Source of the DNA: Selaginella moellendorffii
Lineage: Eukaryota > Plantae > Lycopodiophyta
Length of the DNA stretch: 64,000 nucleotides
Assembly: GCF_000143415.4 (NCBI RefSeq)
Contig: NW_003314261.1
Location: forward strand, 806,001-870,000
Reading direction: 5' to 3'
Shown here one piece after another: positions 1 through 12,790 of the stretch; position 1 is the first letter of the stretch, and each line of letters starts with the position of its first letter. Below the pieces are notes generated by a model, which had not been told where the DNA came from, did not search any database, and saw nothing but the letters and a program-made list of their open reading frames with translations. Made by a program: the position numbers and the translations under genes.

Positions 1-330
1 CTCCGTTTTGCGTGCTGGTCCTGGCATTGGGATGCTGGTTGCTCTAGGACTGTTCCAAGTCGCTCCAGGCCCCTGTCCCTTCGCTCCTTGGGCTGTATGC
101 TCGGGAGTTGCTCCGTGGTTCGGTTCCATCACTCCTTGGCGTCACGCTTGGGAGTTTGGCACCGTTCCTTCGTTCAGTGGCCCAAGGCCCTGAACCTCGG
201 GTTCCTATGGACACGTGGCATGGACACGTGGCATCTGTCACGTGGCACAAAGAGGGTTTAGGTTCCGCTTCGTGGTGTTATCCTATGGTAAATCACCATA
301 GGATAAAGGGTCAAAACCACGTGCGCTACA
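1..330 (+). repeat. 5' LTR (3' portion) of LARD-like element
   Basis: Ends ...GTGCGCTACA at 330, followed by TT and the PBS. Matches 6118-6447. Confidence 0.92.
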
Positions 331-332
331 TT

Positions 333-343
333 TGGTATCAGAG
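333..343 (+). promoter_or_regulatory. Primer binding site (tRNA-iMet)
   Basis: TGGTATCAGAG two bases after the LTR end. Confidence 0.9.
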
Positions 344-3300
344 GATGAGTCTCAGCGAGTACTATTCAATGAGATTGGGCAACTAGTCTCGTTGCATACG
401 CAGAGATGAAAACGATGATCCGAGTGGGTACACGTTTGGGTGCTAAGACTTCGCATTCGTTTCTTGGGATAGGTTTTGGTTACCTTTTTGTTCCATATTA
501 TGTGAGCTTGCTCTTGGGCTCATAGGGTGGACTGAGTTGTTCCGGTTGCACGAGTTTGCGCTTGGGCTCGTGAGTGAGGCACATTAGCAACTCAAGGTTA
601 CACTTTGAGTTGGCAGGATTAATGTTAGCCTATCGGTGGTTCCATGAGTTATTCCTTGTACCATGGGTGAAAGCAAACCTACCTGGGTTTGCTATGAGTG
701 GCAAATAGGCTGGTCCGTAGCTGTTTAGCACGGCACTAGTGGATCCTTCCTAGGCATGATTATAATTGGATCAGTCAAGACTGTAGGGAATAGTCTATTG
801 GTTCAAGTAATCATTGCCGTGCTCTCTCATAAACTTTTCTTGGATTGAACTGAAGGCAGTGCGAAAGTAAGCTTGAGGTTTGGTCAAAGATGAGACCGAA
901 AAGAGAGTCATCGAGGACGGAGGATCAAATACGTAAATCATTTTCTCTTCTTGGAGAGATGATTTGCAACGAGGTGTTAACTCATTGCTTGTGTTCACAT
1001 TATGCAATCAAGAGTCCCTACCTTGATGCATGTTGGAAGTGATGGTCTTACAAGTGGTGAGTTATGGGATGGATAGTGGTGAAACACTAAACCATTTTGT
1101 CTAGGCTCGCTATTGAAAGACTTGGGTTGCAATGCTCAATTCTTTTCCTGGGAACCTTGCTATTGCTCCTTGAGTAGCTTGGTGTTGGATTAGTGTTGAG
1201 TTTGGTCGGAAAGAGAGTGGCATGAGCTTGTCTGTGTTGTGAACAAAAGTTAGTGGTGTTGGGTGTCGTAAACCTCTATTGGTGGAGTGTGGCATTTATG
1301 TTGCATTTTGGTCGAATCGAGTTGACACTTGATACTCACATAAACATTTGTAGTAATGACATTGGCATTGCTCGTGGTGTTGCTCAATTGATGATCAAGT
1401 CATTGTGATGCTTATATCATATCCATGTGATAAAGAGTAATGCGTTTACGAAGTTGCTTGGGTAAATGATGATCAACCCCAAAGTGGTTGATGGAGAAGG
1501 TAGTCTACTTGCACGAAGTAGCATTGTAGTAACTTTGACTGGATTCTCAATGGTGGTCCATTATGCTAAGCTTATGTTGGTACCTTATTTCCTAGAGTTT
1601 GCCCATTAAGATGTTGGAAAAGGGTTATAGCATTCATTTGCTATGGCTTGTTGGTTGATCCGTTAACACTTGGAGTAGATTATTGGATGGAGAAGGTGTG
1701 AGGTTGATGCATTGACATCACTAGCACTTGTGTTAGTGGAAGTGGCATTGTTGATTCGAGTGATGAGGAATTTTCCTTAGAGCTTGATTTTCCATGTCAT
1801 TTTTCTTGTTAGTGTTTTGGCTTCACATTGGATCTTGAAGGTGGTTGAAGAAGAGTGTTAGTGCAATGTGGATATCTGATGATGTGGTCTTTGTGATCAA
1901 GCCTTGGATGCTCATTTTGCACTTTGCGGATGTCGGTGTTGGATATCGGTTAGATGGGCAAAGATGTTCGATGCTTAAGCATATTTTTGGATCATGAGAA
2001 GTTTTGTTGAGGTGAACCTATGTGGAGTTGTTAGTAGGAGGAAGTTGGTTGAGTCTTGAAAGTTTGCAATTCTGGATTGAGAGTCATTCTTTATCTAGGA
2101 TGGGAAATTTTCCACAAATTTTCTTAGACTTTTCCAATGGCTGATCTATTGATCATTTTGTCCGAAAACCATTCCGTTTTCGTAGGCCAGTACAAACTAG
2201 TGAAGGGGTTGGAGTTGACTTCGGTTAGCTTAGACCTTGGTAGGTAGTTTGTATGATGCAACCCAAAAGGGATGCTGACTTTTGGGGCTAAGGCAATTGA
2301 GTTGGATAGAGTATGGAGTTGGTGTAGAAAAGTGGCCGTTGCACTTTTCTAAGAAAGGTGACCCTTGTGCCTGTCTTCTATAGTGTTCTGCTTGGTGGTA
2401 GGTTGCACCTTGCATTTCATTAGACTCTATGAGAGTAGTGAGCTCTCACTGATCTTGACTTGGTCTTGGTGGCCTTGCGCCTTGGCTGAGGATGGTGATG
2501 TCCAACTTAGTTGTTTGAGTTTGAGATGTTGGTACCCATACTATAGCTTTGTCTACGAGGAGGTTGTGTACCAATATAGATCCATCTCATGGTCTTCACT
2601 TTAGTTTTAGCTGAGTGTTGATCATGCATAGCTAGCCTCTTCAAAGCATGCTCAGAGCTATTGGCTAAATGCATTGGTGAGCTTATTGCAGTTGAGTTGG
2701 ATTCGAGTGGTCATTTAGTTTGTGCTTGTCAATGAACTTTTATCTCATACCGAAGGTATCACGTTCATGTTGGACAAGTGTATGACTCGATGACGTGAGT
2801 TTAGTGTTTGGGTCTTGTAAAGACAAGTTGAAAGAGTGATTGTTAGTTGCTTTGCGACTAATGATTGCTTGTAGACTTTGTCAAAAGACTGTTGACACTT
2901 ACTTCACTCGATGATGATTTAGCAATGATAGGTTTGCTTTACTGGATGGTGTTGCGGAGGATCGTGTCGTTAGACTTACATGGTTTTTCCATGTTGACAT
3001 GTTGACTCTATCTCTGTCGATATCATTTGGTTGCATTTAGTTCGTGGTGTTGGATTTCATTGAGTCTTGGATGTGGTGACTCACTCCTTGAGGAAGTGTA
3101 ATCTGTAACTGGGTTTTGCTAAAGGATTGGTCTCGGTTACTAATTAAAGTATCTTCGACCTTGGTTAACTTGGTTGCTGGAAAGCTCCGAGTGGTGATTC
3201 ACTCATGCTTTCTTCTAGCTTTGTTTTGGTGTTGATGGCATTGAAGTGATGCTTTGTCATTGACATTGTTGATATTGAGATCTGAGTGAAATGAGATATC

Positions 3301-5303
3301 CTTCCAAAGATTGATATTGAGTTTCATTAGTCTTGATGAATATAGTGTTGATGATTTGGCTATAGCTTTGTGTTGTTGGCATTCGTGCATTTGCTAGTTA
3401 GCAACTGTGTTGACGTTCAAACGAACTGAGTGGCAAGTTGAGTTAGTTGTGTTCTAGACGAGATTATTTAGTAGAGGGTTGAGCTTTAGCTTTTCCTTGA
3501 AAAGTGATTTAGTCGTGGACTATGCTAACTCTACGAGAAGAAGAGTTAGTGATCAATATTAGAATGTTGAGTCCTTGCTGGATTTGAGTTCGGAATATAG
3601 CAATCATTAATGATTCTTTTTGAGCTTGTTATGAAGTGAGTTGCGTCTTGCTATAGATGGATTCATGGAGGATCGTTTGATGATCACTTGTTAAGCATAG
3701 CTTCGTTATGCTTAGCTTTTGGATTGATGCAGAAATGCTCTTCATTAGCTTTGGCATTATGAAGTTTGGCTTATGGATGTGTTGAGGAAGATATTGTGGG
3801 TTGCACCATGATTTCTTCTTTAGCATTGAAGTTAGCTTCTATGAGACTCGTGATCATTATTAGGCAAGACTTAGTTATAGGCTTCTTCGAGCTTTTGGTT
3901 CTTGAGTTTTGTGCTCATTGTTCCATTTGTTTGAAGTTGTTGGGGGAAGGCATTTTGGCTCATTAGCTTCGATTGAAGTTAGTTTTTGCATCTGGCAATC
4001 ATTGGTGATGATTGACTATCATCTAGGGTATTTGATTGTCCTTATCACAAGTTTTGCTTGATTATTGTTGGTTTGGAATTATTTGCTATTCTTCGGGATG
4101 GTAGATTCTTTCTTCAACGATGATTATACATCACTACATTGATGGGCTAATTGACGATCTTTCATGATAGTTGGTTGTTCTCTTTGATGGCTTTTGGCTT
4201 TTTGCAATACCACATGTTCTTTGTGGTTTGCTCTGGATTGGTCTCTTGGGTTTAAGACATCAGTAGGATGTTGCTAACACTTGCTTAGGCAACTTGAGTT
4301 CCTTGGTATTGTTGGCTGGGATCTATTCAGATTGGCTTTTGTGATAGTTAGCAGGCATGAGTGTTTGTTGGTCTTCCCACATTCATTCTCTTCTGTTGAT
4401 TATTGCTCGAGTTAGTTTTGATAGATTTGGATGTTATTTCCTTTGGGTGATACATTCGCGAGCATTGTGCTTGTTAGTCAATGATACTTTGTGTTCTTTG
4501 AGTTCTCTCTAGTAAGTTGTTGGCTTACTGTCTGCTATCTTCGGTAGTTAAGTTTTATCATTGCGTTTACTTGATGATATACTTGCTATTGAATTTTGTT
4601 GGATGGTGCATCCTATGTTTTCCAATGATAGTGATCTTGGTGGTTCCTATACTGTAATACTAGTTTATCGGATGATAACTTACTTGGAATACTTTTGTGT
4701 TCTAATCTAAGCTTTATTCCCTGATAATTAAATCTCTAAAATATCATTGTCTATGACTTTGATATTGTCCATCTATTGATCTTTGAGTTTGGGCCAGTAA
4801 TGGGCAGACTGGCTTCTGCACTTCGTGTGCATGGTGAAATCTCTAGTCATGGGGTAGCTACTGTCGACTGGTCACATAACCCGCCTCTTTATCGATGTTC
4901 CTTATTCCGTTGAAAGGGCATGACCGTGTAAACAACTCTAAACTGCCTGTTTACAATAGTCTATCTAAACCTTACCGACGGGTTTGGTTTCTTTGCTTAG
5001 GAGGGTAGGGGCCTCTGGCTTCTCTCTCTATGTTCCTGCGGGTAGGGCATATCACACTTTTGTAAGCTAGGTGACTCCCAGAGCAGCAGGGGTGGCTGAC
5101 TCCGTTGGTCATTTCCTTGTCGGCGACGGCCGGAAGGTGTCTGAGCTGGTAGCGCATCCGCGTTAGACAAAGAGGTTGCCCCCTAACTCATTTAAGTTGG
5201 TGCATTTCTCACATAGTGTGAGTACCGTGAACTTTTTCTGGAGTTGTTTCCTTGGCAGTATTCTAGACTGGAGTATGCATCGACGAGGACGTCGATCTTC
5301 CCT

Positions 5304-5315
5304 AGGGGGGGAGAG
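5304..5315 (+). promoter_or_regulatory. Polypurine tract
   Basis: AGGGGGGGAGAG immediately before the TG of the 3' LTR. Confidence 0.85.
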
Positions 5316-6447
5316 TGTCGCGCATGTGACTTCGGGTATCGAAAGTTACCTGTCGACCAGTCCTTACGGACACTCTTACCTTACTGCCACGATGGCAGGA
5401 GGTCGGTATTGATGGACCCTTTATTAGTCCCTCTTGTTCAAGTGTTAGTAAACTGGACTTTGCATCTGTACTTGGCCGGATGAGCATAAGGAAGGAATTC
5501 CTAAGTGTCTATTTAGCTGAGCATACTCGGCCCGGCTTGTTAGTTCTCTTTTGCTCTGTCTTGCACTGGCTTGACAAGAACCCTCGCGTATTGAGATTGG
5601 TCCCTCAATATCGCTACATGATAGCTTACCGTGTCTGCCAAACACCATCGCTATCATGCCCTTTGTGTTAGTCTCAAATTGTCCCAGATGCTATTTATGG
5701 AAAGTGTCTAGATTTGCTCATTTGGCATATCTTCGGAATGTAGAGGTCGGCCTGAACACAATGGTGTTCGTCCTGTGTCCAAATTCGCATTCTAAGGACA
5801 TTCCATATTTAGTAAGTTTTAAGCTTGTCCCAGAGACTAACTCCTGATACTAAGGGAGGCTTGGGGTGAAAGCCCAAAGCGTGTGTTCCTCAAGGGGGGG
5901 GGGGATATGGGGGGTTCCAAATGTATAGTAGGGATAGTGGGTAGGTCGGGCATGGCCGACCAACCTGAGGCATAGTCTAGCTCCCGCTTGCGTGCCTGTC
6001 CTTGTTCTGCGTCCGGCTTGGGTCTAAGCCCAAGTTCCATTCCATGCTAGCTGGTGGAGTACCCATGTCCTCGCGTTAGGCCACCGGTATGCCGAAATAG
6101 CGCCAAACTCCGTTTGGCTCCGTTTTGCGTGCTGGTCCTGGCATTGGGATGCTGGTTGCTCTAGGACTGTTCCAAGTCGCTCCAGGCCCCTGTCCCTTCG
6201 CTCCTTGGGCTGTATGCTCGGGAGTTGCTCCGTGGTTCGGTTCCATCACTCCTTGGCGTCACGCTTGGGAGTTTGGCACCGTTCCTTCATTCAGTGGCCC
6301 AAGGCCCTGAACCTCGGGTTCCTATGGACACGTGGCATGGACACGTGGCATCTGTCACGTGGCACAAAGAGGGTTTAGGTTCCGCTTCGTGGTGTTATCC
6401 TATGGTAAATCACCATAGGATAAAGGGTCAAAACCACGTGCGCTACA
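5316..6447 (+). repeat. 3' LTR (1132 bp) of LARD-like element
   Basis: TGTCGCGCA...TGCGCTACA termini (imperfect inverted repeat). A full-length inverted relative lies at 46744-47873. Confidence 0.9.
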
Positions 6448-6603
6448 CCAATGACACAAGTTTCTCAAACCAGGCCGAGTATGCTCAGCAAGAAACACAT
6501 AGGGTTCCTACCTTATGTTTATCCAATCTAAGTTCATGTTCATTGACCAGTTTCTCAACTAGCTCAAGTGGGAACTGATAACGAGTTCAGCAATACCGAC
6601 CTC
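6448..6603 (-). repeat. Remnant of an older inverted LTR of the LARD family (target of the younger copy)
   Basis: Matches 47635-47790. The ~85 bp containing the LTR terminus are deleted in this copy. Confidence 0.75.
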
Positions 6604-7400
6604 CATAAACACGAGTGCTACATCCATTTGCCATAACCACTATATAAATTATTGAGCTCTTTTCCACAGGTAAACCAAGTTTCTACACCACCTTGGAGCT
6701 TAAAAAGTTGTGAGTAGCACTTGGATCGAAAAGAATACTAATAACACTACCCTGAATGTCCCCTTTGGCCTTCATAAGTTAATTGCGCATAGAACCATTA
6801 ATGTCTATAGAGTTGATACAAACTTGAGATTGAGATTCTTGAACTTGTGCCATAGGGCATGGAAGAGCCACCATAGTAGATGCCTGAGCTATATCCATGA
6901 TGGATTCCACCATATTCATCTTAATATTCTTTGATCCCTTTACAAGAGGACAATCCTTGCCATAATATTTAGCCTTCTGACAATGAAAACAATTGCCCTC
7001 CACATTATCTTTCTCTCGCTGGTCCAAATAATATCTTTTGGCCACATTACTATCTCCATTCTTTGAGCCACAATGGAACAATAGTTATTTCTTCCCCAAA
7101 GATGAAGTATTGGTAGGTTAGTCATTACATTAACCAGAGTTGACCAAATTGACGGTTTGGGTGAAAAGATTTGGGCTTTAGTGATAGCATTAGTTGATGT
7201 TGCTAGAAAATCCTTCTTGACTTTCTGTTGCACATTTAATGAGCTCAATCCTTTGATGAAACATTGCACCTTTAGCAGCTCATTATAAGTGCCCATGAAA
7301 CTAAGGCAAAGATCACATACATATCTAAAAACAAAGTCCCTTGCTAGATCTTTAACAGCTGGTTCACAAAATAACCTCTTCAAGCTTCTTGACAACTGAA
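6604..7400 (-). pseudogene. Degenerate gypsy gag/protease remnant
   Basis: Zinc-knuckle-like CFHCQKAKYYGKDC and gag-like FIKGL...VQQKV segment, broken by frameshifts. Confidence 0.65.
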
Positions 7401-7979
7401 GTGTGGAAAACTTTCATCAAATCAACTTAAGAAATTGGCTTCGGATTAGCTTTGATGTAACTCTTTCATCACGAAAAAGCATGGCCCGTAAGCTTCGTTA
7501 CAAAAAAATCAATTTTCACTTTTTCTTTATAAAGATTGTGAGACTAACAACTTTCCCATAATTCTAAACTTTTTGACTATCATAAACATTCAATAATGAC
7601 TTTCATTCCATGATACCATATGCTTGATATACCAATAGTAATCATAGATATGAGATTGAGTTAATCCTTAAGGGTCCATGTGAAGCAAGAAATTTTTAAT
7701 AAGATTGATAGAATCCTTAACCTCTTTTATGTTGCTTTGAACCTCAGAAATCTAATGTCCTTGCCGCACAACAACATCATCAAAAGTCTCTTCTTCATCA
7801 TCATATAGCCATCATCACTATCATCACTAACACCATACTCCTCATTAGGATCAATATCTTGCTCACTTGCCATCCTTAAAAGAACGTGCTGCTCCAATAC
7901 CGATGAAACAAATAAGAGTGAACCCTCATTATAGCTTTAAATCCCACAGGCCATAGAATATTCTTAGAATAATCCTGTG

Positions 7980-9300
7980 GCAGCTAAATTCCCTCGAGGC
8001 AATGGTGGCAGAGGAAGCGGCAGTGGGGCAGTTGAATTCCCTTGAGGCAGTGGTGGAGGAGGCAGAGGTGGTGGTGGCGGTGGCAGCTTTGCAGTAAAAC
8101 TTGGAAGCTCGAACAGAAGTGGTGGAGGAGGCAGAGGAGGGGGATGACCAGCAACAGAAACTACTGGTGGTGGTGGTGGTGGTGGTGGTGGTGGAGCAGG
8201 AGGTGGAGACTGCAAAATAGCCAACCTCCGAGGTGGTGGAGTGGTGAAGGAGTACCTGGTGCGAAGCTAGGGTTAAACGATAACGTTGGACTTGTCCACC
8301 GTGACACCCCTAACTGATAATCAAAACGGGCGATGATGGAGGAGGTGGTGGTACTGGAAATAAGTGTCCACTCGTCGTCCGCTGCCGCTAGTGCTGCTCT
8401 ATCCATTGGAAGTCTCCTGTCCTCAAACCCATTGCCAACCGTGGTCAGCTGCTGTCTCTGCCACCGTCTAACCAGTCCCCGCAACTGAAGAGCTCCTGGA
8501 CCTTGGCAAAAGCTTCCATCGGCAAGCCACCTTTCTCTTCCATCAGCGCACAGGCGCCACAGGGGACGAAAATCCATCCGTCTCGCGAAAAGAAAAGATT
8601 GATTTTGCCAAAATTGGTTCAGCTTTGCTTGCTTACCTCTGGTCGGGAGTCCTTGGAGAAGCACTCCTTCCCGTTCCAGAGTATGTCAATGTCGTCCCGG
8701 TTGAGCATCAGGATGTTGGAGCGGATGAACGCGGTGTTAAACATGACCCAGAACATCATCTCCTCCCGGTCTGACTCCAAGTCCAAGTGGATGCACTCGA
8801 GAACCACACCCCCTTGCACGGCACACTGTACATCGATCTTCATCACATCACAATCTGTCTGGAAGCTGGAACACACAAGAGCATTACTGACCAAAGCAAA
8901 AGAAAACAAGCTCACCACCTTACCGGTCGATAATGCCGCTCTTCTTTCCCAAGGCAAAGAGCATCCTCATCGTCCTGTTCAACGCTTTCGATCGGGGATC
9001 TCTTCCATAAATGCGGCCCCTCGTCCGGATCGGAAGCTGGCACCACTTTGAGGATGAGGCAGTCGAGGCTGAGCGAGTGTTGTTCCTTCTAGCAATGTAC
9101 TGGAGATATCTCAGCTGCCATCGGATTGGGAGGAGTGAGCAGCTGCATCAATCCCTTTGGAGCCTCCCGGTGGAGCATATCGAGCGTCTTGAATTCGCCC
9201 GTGTACATCTTCCTGTAGATGAGAAAGCTGGCGAGAATGAACGCCAGCAGCAGCCATCCCCCCCTCTCGCAGTGCACCAGGACGATGTTTTGCTGCCTCT
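7980..9300 (-). pseudogene. Class II formin fragment (PTEN-like/C2 exons + start of FH1)
   Basis: HCERGGW.LLAFILASFLIYRK, VKIDVQCAVQGGVVLECIHLDLESDREEMMF.VMFNTAFIRSNILMLNRDDIDILW and polyproline tracts, with internal deletions. Confidence 0.85.
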
Positions 9301-9499
9301 CCTCACAGCCGTCGGACCACATATAGATCAAACGATCCAATTAAACAACCATTCCTCCCGTTAAAAATGGCCACATCATCCAGGGACTCTTTGGCTTTGC
9401 ACTGAGTCTTTGCTAGGGACGCTTTGATTTGAGCGGTGATGGAGAATGGCGGTCCTCTCTCCAAGAAGGAGAGATGGAAGCGGCGCTCTACGGAATGCC

Positions 9500-11870
9500 A
9501 GCATTCTAGGGCAAGGCGCTGGATCGCGAGCTGGCCTCTTCCGGCATTCCAAGCCCTGCTACATTTTCTCCTCGGGACCGTCGCCTTCTTCCTCACCTTG
9601 GCGGCCAGCGAGAATGTAGGTTGAGTTGAGGCGCTCACGCTCGATCTCGCAGGATTTCGCCGGTGTCTGGCCGATTTTCGACGCGGCACACTCTTGCGAC
9701 TTCCGGAAAGTACAGTAATACGCATGCTTTCGCTGTGTTTCCGGTTCGTGTTAGAGTCCTCAAAGGGATGGAAATTCCTTTCTTTGCAGATTGTCCAGGG
9801 TCTTATCAACGAGCTAGAGGCTCAAGGGGCTTTACCTCGGAGTAGCTCTCGGGTTTCCTCGCTAGCTACATGCTGTGGTCAGAGGTGGGTCTTGTTTTGC
9901 CTCCGTGGTTCCTATGATTGAATTTTTTTCGTTTTTTCCTTCTCTAGATTTGTGGAGCTATTATGGCAGCTCTCGGCCCACGCTCTGCGAGAAGTTCATG
10001 GACGGAACTTCCCAGCGGATGTTGCTGAGAACCCTTTGCCAGCGTCGCTCGCGGAAGTCATCACGCAAAATTCACATGCATCAGCACTCCTTGCCGTGAC
10101 AAAGGTGGAGTGCTGATTGGTAGATTTGGTTGATTTGTTGATTGTTGGAACTTAAGTGTTTTGGCAGGCACGTATTGCTCTAGAGCGTAGGCGAGGTGCG
10201 TCTGCGGCCATGCATAAACAAGCGTTGTGGTCCGGTCTAGCTCATGACGTGATACCGGGTATCTGACTTCTTTTTTCTGCCTGCTTTGAATTCGACTAAC
10301 TTGTCGATTACACTGAACGGAGGCTTATTTACATCAAGAGCTGGAGAAAATGCAGGAGCTTTAAAGTTCTAGAGCATTTGCAAATCAAAAATTACTGTCA
10401 GCGTCTCGAGCTACAACGCATTGGGAGTCTCTTCTAAAACATACTGGTCAGTTCGTAATTCTTGGATTTTTTGATGTTCTTATTTTTGTCTGATTTTGTG
10501 TTGATTGTAGAGAGGCACGACAAACTAGCAAGCGGCCCTATAGAAGACTTGATTGCTCATCGTGACCACAGGTGTTTAATCTTTTGGTTCCTGGATTTTG
10601 TTTGACGCTGTGCTTATAGATGGATCGGCTTTGCGTGTGACCATCCACCGAGGGATGAATGTCATTCCAAGTTCGTGAGCTCCAATGACGAGGACTGCAA
10701 TCGGCAACTAGAAAAGCAGGAGAGTGACGACGAAGCCAGAACAGACAGGGCAGTTAAAGGGTCGAGCCCGCTTGATGTTGCTGAAGTTATTAGACGGTGG
10801 ACCCATGCTTTGCAACGCATACACAAACAAGCTCAAAAGCTGGTAAAAACTTTAGCTGTGTCTAACTTGCTTACATGACTGGAATTGTCGTACAGTCACG
10901 AAGGCACTTCCTAATCTTATAAATGCGGTGGATGCTTGTGAGGGACACACAAGCATTACGGGCAACGTTAGCGGAGCAAAAACAACACATCTCAAATATG
11001 CAGGTATTAGATTCTTCTTGCGGTTATTTGTTTGTTTAAAAAGGACTTATTCTTCAGGTGCTCATTTCGCAGCTAAAGGAAACCACTCCAGGAATGGAAG
11101 CAAACATTAACAAAGTCCGTCAACATGTCAATCACTCTGCGGTTTCTTCTGCCTCTCAAGCTGTTTTCGCTGGGTATAGCGTGTATTCTGACTCTGCACT
11201 TTCCTCTCAAGTACGTGACCACCTTGTTTGAGCCATGTTCTGACTAGCTTTAGCAGGACGTGACTTCGGACTGTGTTGCTGACGATAGAGGCACTCCTGG
11301 ACCTCTAGAACTGGCACCTCCAAGCCCGACACTAAAGCTTCCTCAGCTGCCAACACTGTTTTCGCCGTTTTCTCTTTTGCACAAAGGTGGTGACGACGAT
11401 GATTTGGACCTCCGCCCGTCTTCACTGGCTTTCTCTGACCACAAGGACTACGAAGGTATTCTAAAATGCAATGTCTTATATATCGACTATGCCGGCTTTT
11501 ATATTCCAGATGATTTCAAAGAATTGTGGCAAGCAGTTCACGAAGCCGCACTCTCAAAGCCTGTTGAGGCTGCGACTGAGAACACCAGCACCAGTAACAC
11601 GACCTCAGAGCACTATTTCACGCCTTTGACTGTACAAAAGGAAAGCGTCAATCCAACAAGCACTGTGGTTTCCAGGACCAGGACGACGACTTGGTAGGTG
11701 CGTTTTACACTCTGTTTCTTTTCTGTCGTGATTTCACTCTGGGCATTTTATGATTCCAATCCAGCTCCGGCAGCCACATCAACATCGCCATGAGTTTTGC
11801 AGCTGCTCAACACAGTCACCCACGAGACTCCATCAGGCTCAAAAGGAATGGTTGTCAGCAAAGCTAGGCC
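9500..11870 (+). pseudogene. AUG6: AUGMIN subunit 6 (HAUS6) gene fragment
   Basis: [38 protein letters not shown] and [19 protein letters not shown] match plant AUG6. Exons are interrupted by deletions and frameshifts. Confidence 0.8.
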
Positions 11871-12790
11871 CTAGTCAACTCGGCCAGATCTTGCTAGCAG
11901 ATCGATCACGCAAACGTAGTGATCCATGGTGGCAGCGAGAGCATAGTCCCCTCTCATGGAAACAAAGTACCCGCGACCATCGTGGAGCAGCCCGGCAGCG
12001 CTGCACGCAGCAAGAATGGTGGTGAAGCTGACAACGTCCAGTTCTAGTCCTTGACTCTCAGTCAACTCAAACAGCTCGTGAGCTCGTCGGCCATGTCCGT
12101 TTCGAGCAAAGCCCGCCACCATGGTCGTGCAGAGCACCAAACTCCACTCCCAGGCTCGGTACTGCGAGAAGATCTCCGCCGCGCTCGACACACTGGCCGG
12201 GGCTCAAAAAAACCGGAGAGCGATTGAGAGCTTCCACAAGATGGTTCTAGAAGGTCGAAGCTCGTCTTCGATGCCTTGCCGGAGAAGAGCCTCGTGTCGT
12301 GGACGTCGATTGTCCAGCTATGCCGACCACCAGTGCTCTTCTCGAAGGACTCGCAAGCGTCTTCCAAGCTGTGGCATTTCCCATACATGTTGATGGCTCA
12401 AGTCTGCGTCCGAGCAGAGATCAAGCGAGAGCTCCAGTTCTTCGTGAAGCAGCCTTCCATGGCGGGGATCACCAGTCGAGGATGTGATCCACGTAACTCG
12501 GTTTGGAGGCTAGCCTTCCAAGTCCATCCGCTTGATCAGGCTCAGAGCTCGAGAGAAGCTCCCGTGGCGAGTGTAGGCCGCGATCATCTCGGAGCTCTCC
12601 TCCGGCTCGCAGTTCAAACGTCCTGCGACCTCCCCGTTGGATCCCAGCCCCGCCAGCATTGAGTTCCAAGAGATAGTGTTCCACTCGGGCATTCGATCAA
12701 AGACGCTCTTGGCCTGCTGAAGGTGATGAAGATAGCGAGGATCGCCTTCGCCAGTATGCTGCTGCTGGATCGCGTCGTCCACAAGAGCCC
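11871..12790 (-). pseudogene. PLS-class PPR gene fragments
   Basis: MYGKC, SFTTILAACS.AGL, DHYVCVIDLLARSG and AKSVFDRMPEWNTISWNSM motifs. One short piece (~12190-12310) is in the opposite orientation. Confidence 0.8.

Larger units (their letters stand above)
1..6447 (+). mobile_element. Non-autonomous LTR retrotransposon (LARD-like), 5' LTR truncated by window edge
   Basis: Bases 1-330 repeat at 6118-6447 (one substitution seen). PBS TGGTATCAGAG follows the 5' LTR, and PPT AGGGGGGGAGAG precedes the 3' LTR. The ~5-kb interior has no ORF >80 aa and no gag/pol motifs. Confidence 0.88.

Noticed and set aside
8-386. Short ORFs in LTR sequences (also 6125-6578, 26236-26899, 32579-33228)
   Set aside because: They have non-ATG starts or lie wholly within LTRs, and show no protein motifs.
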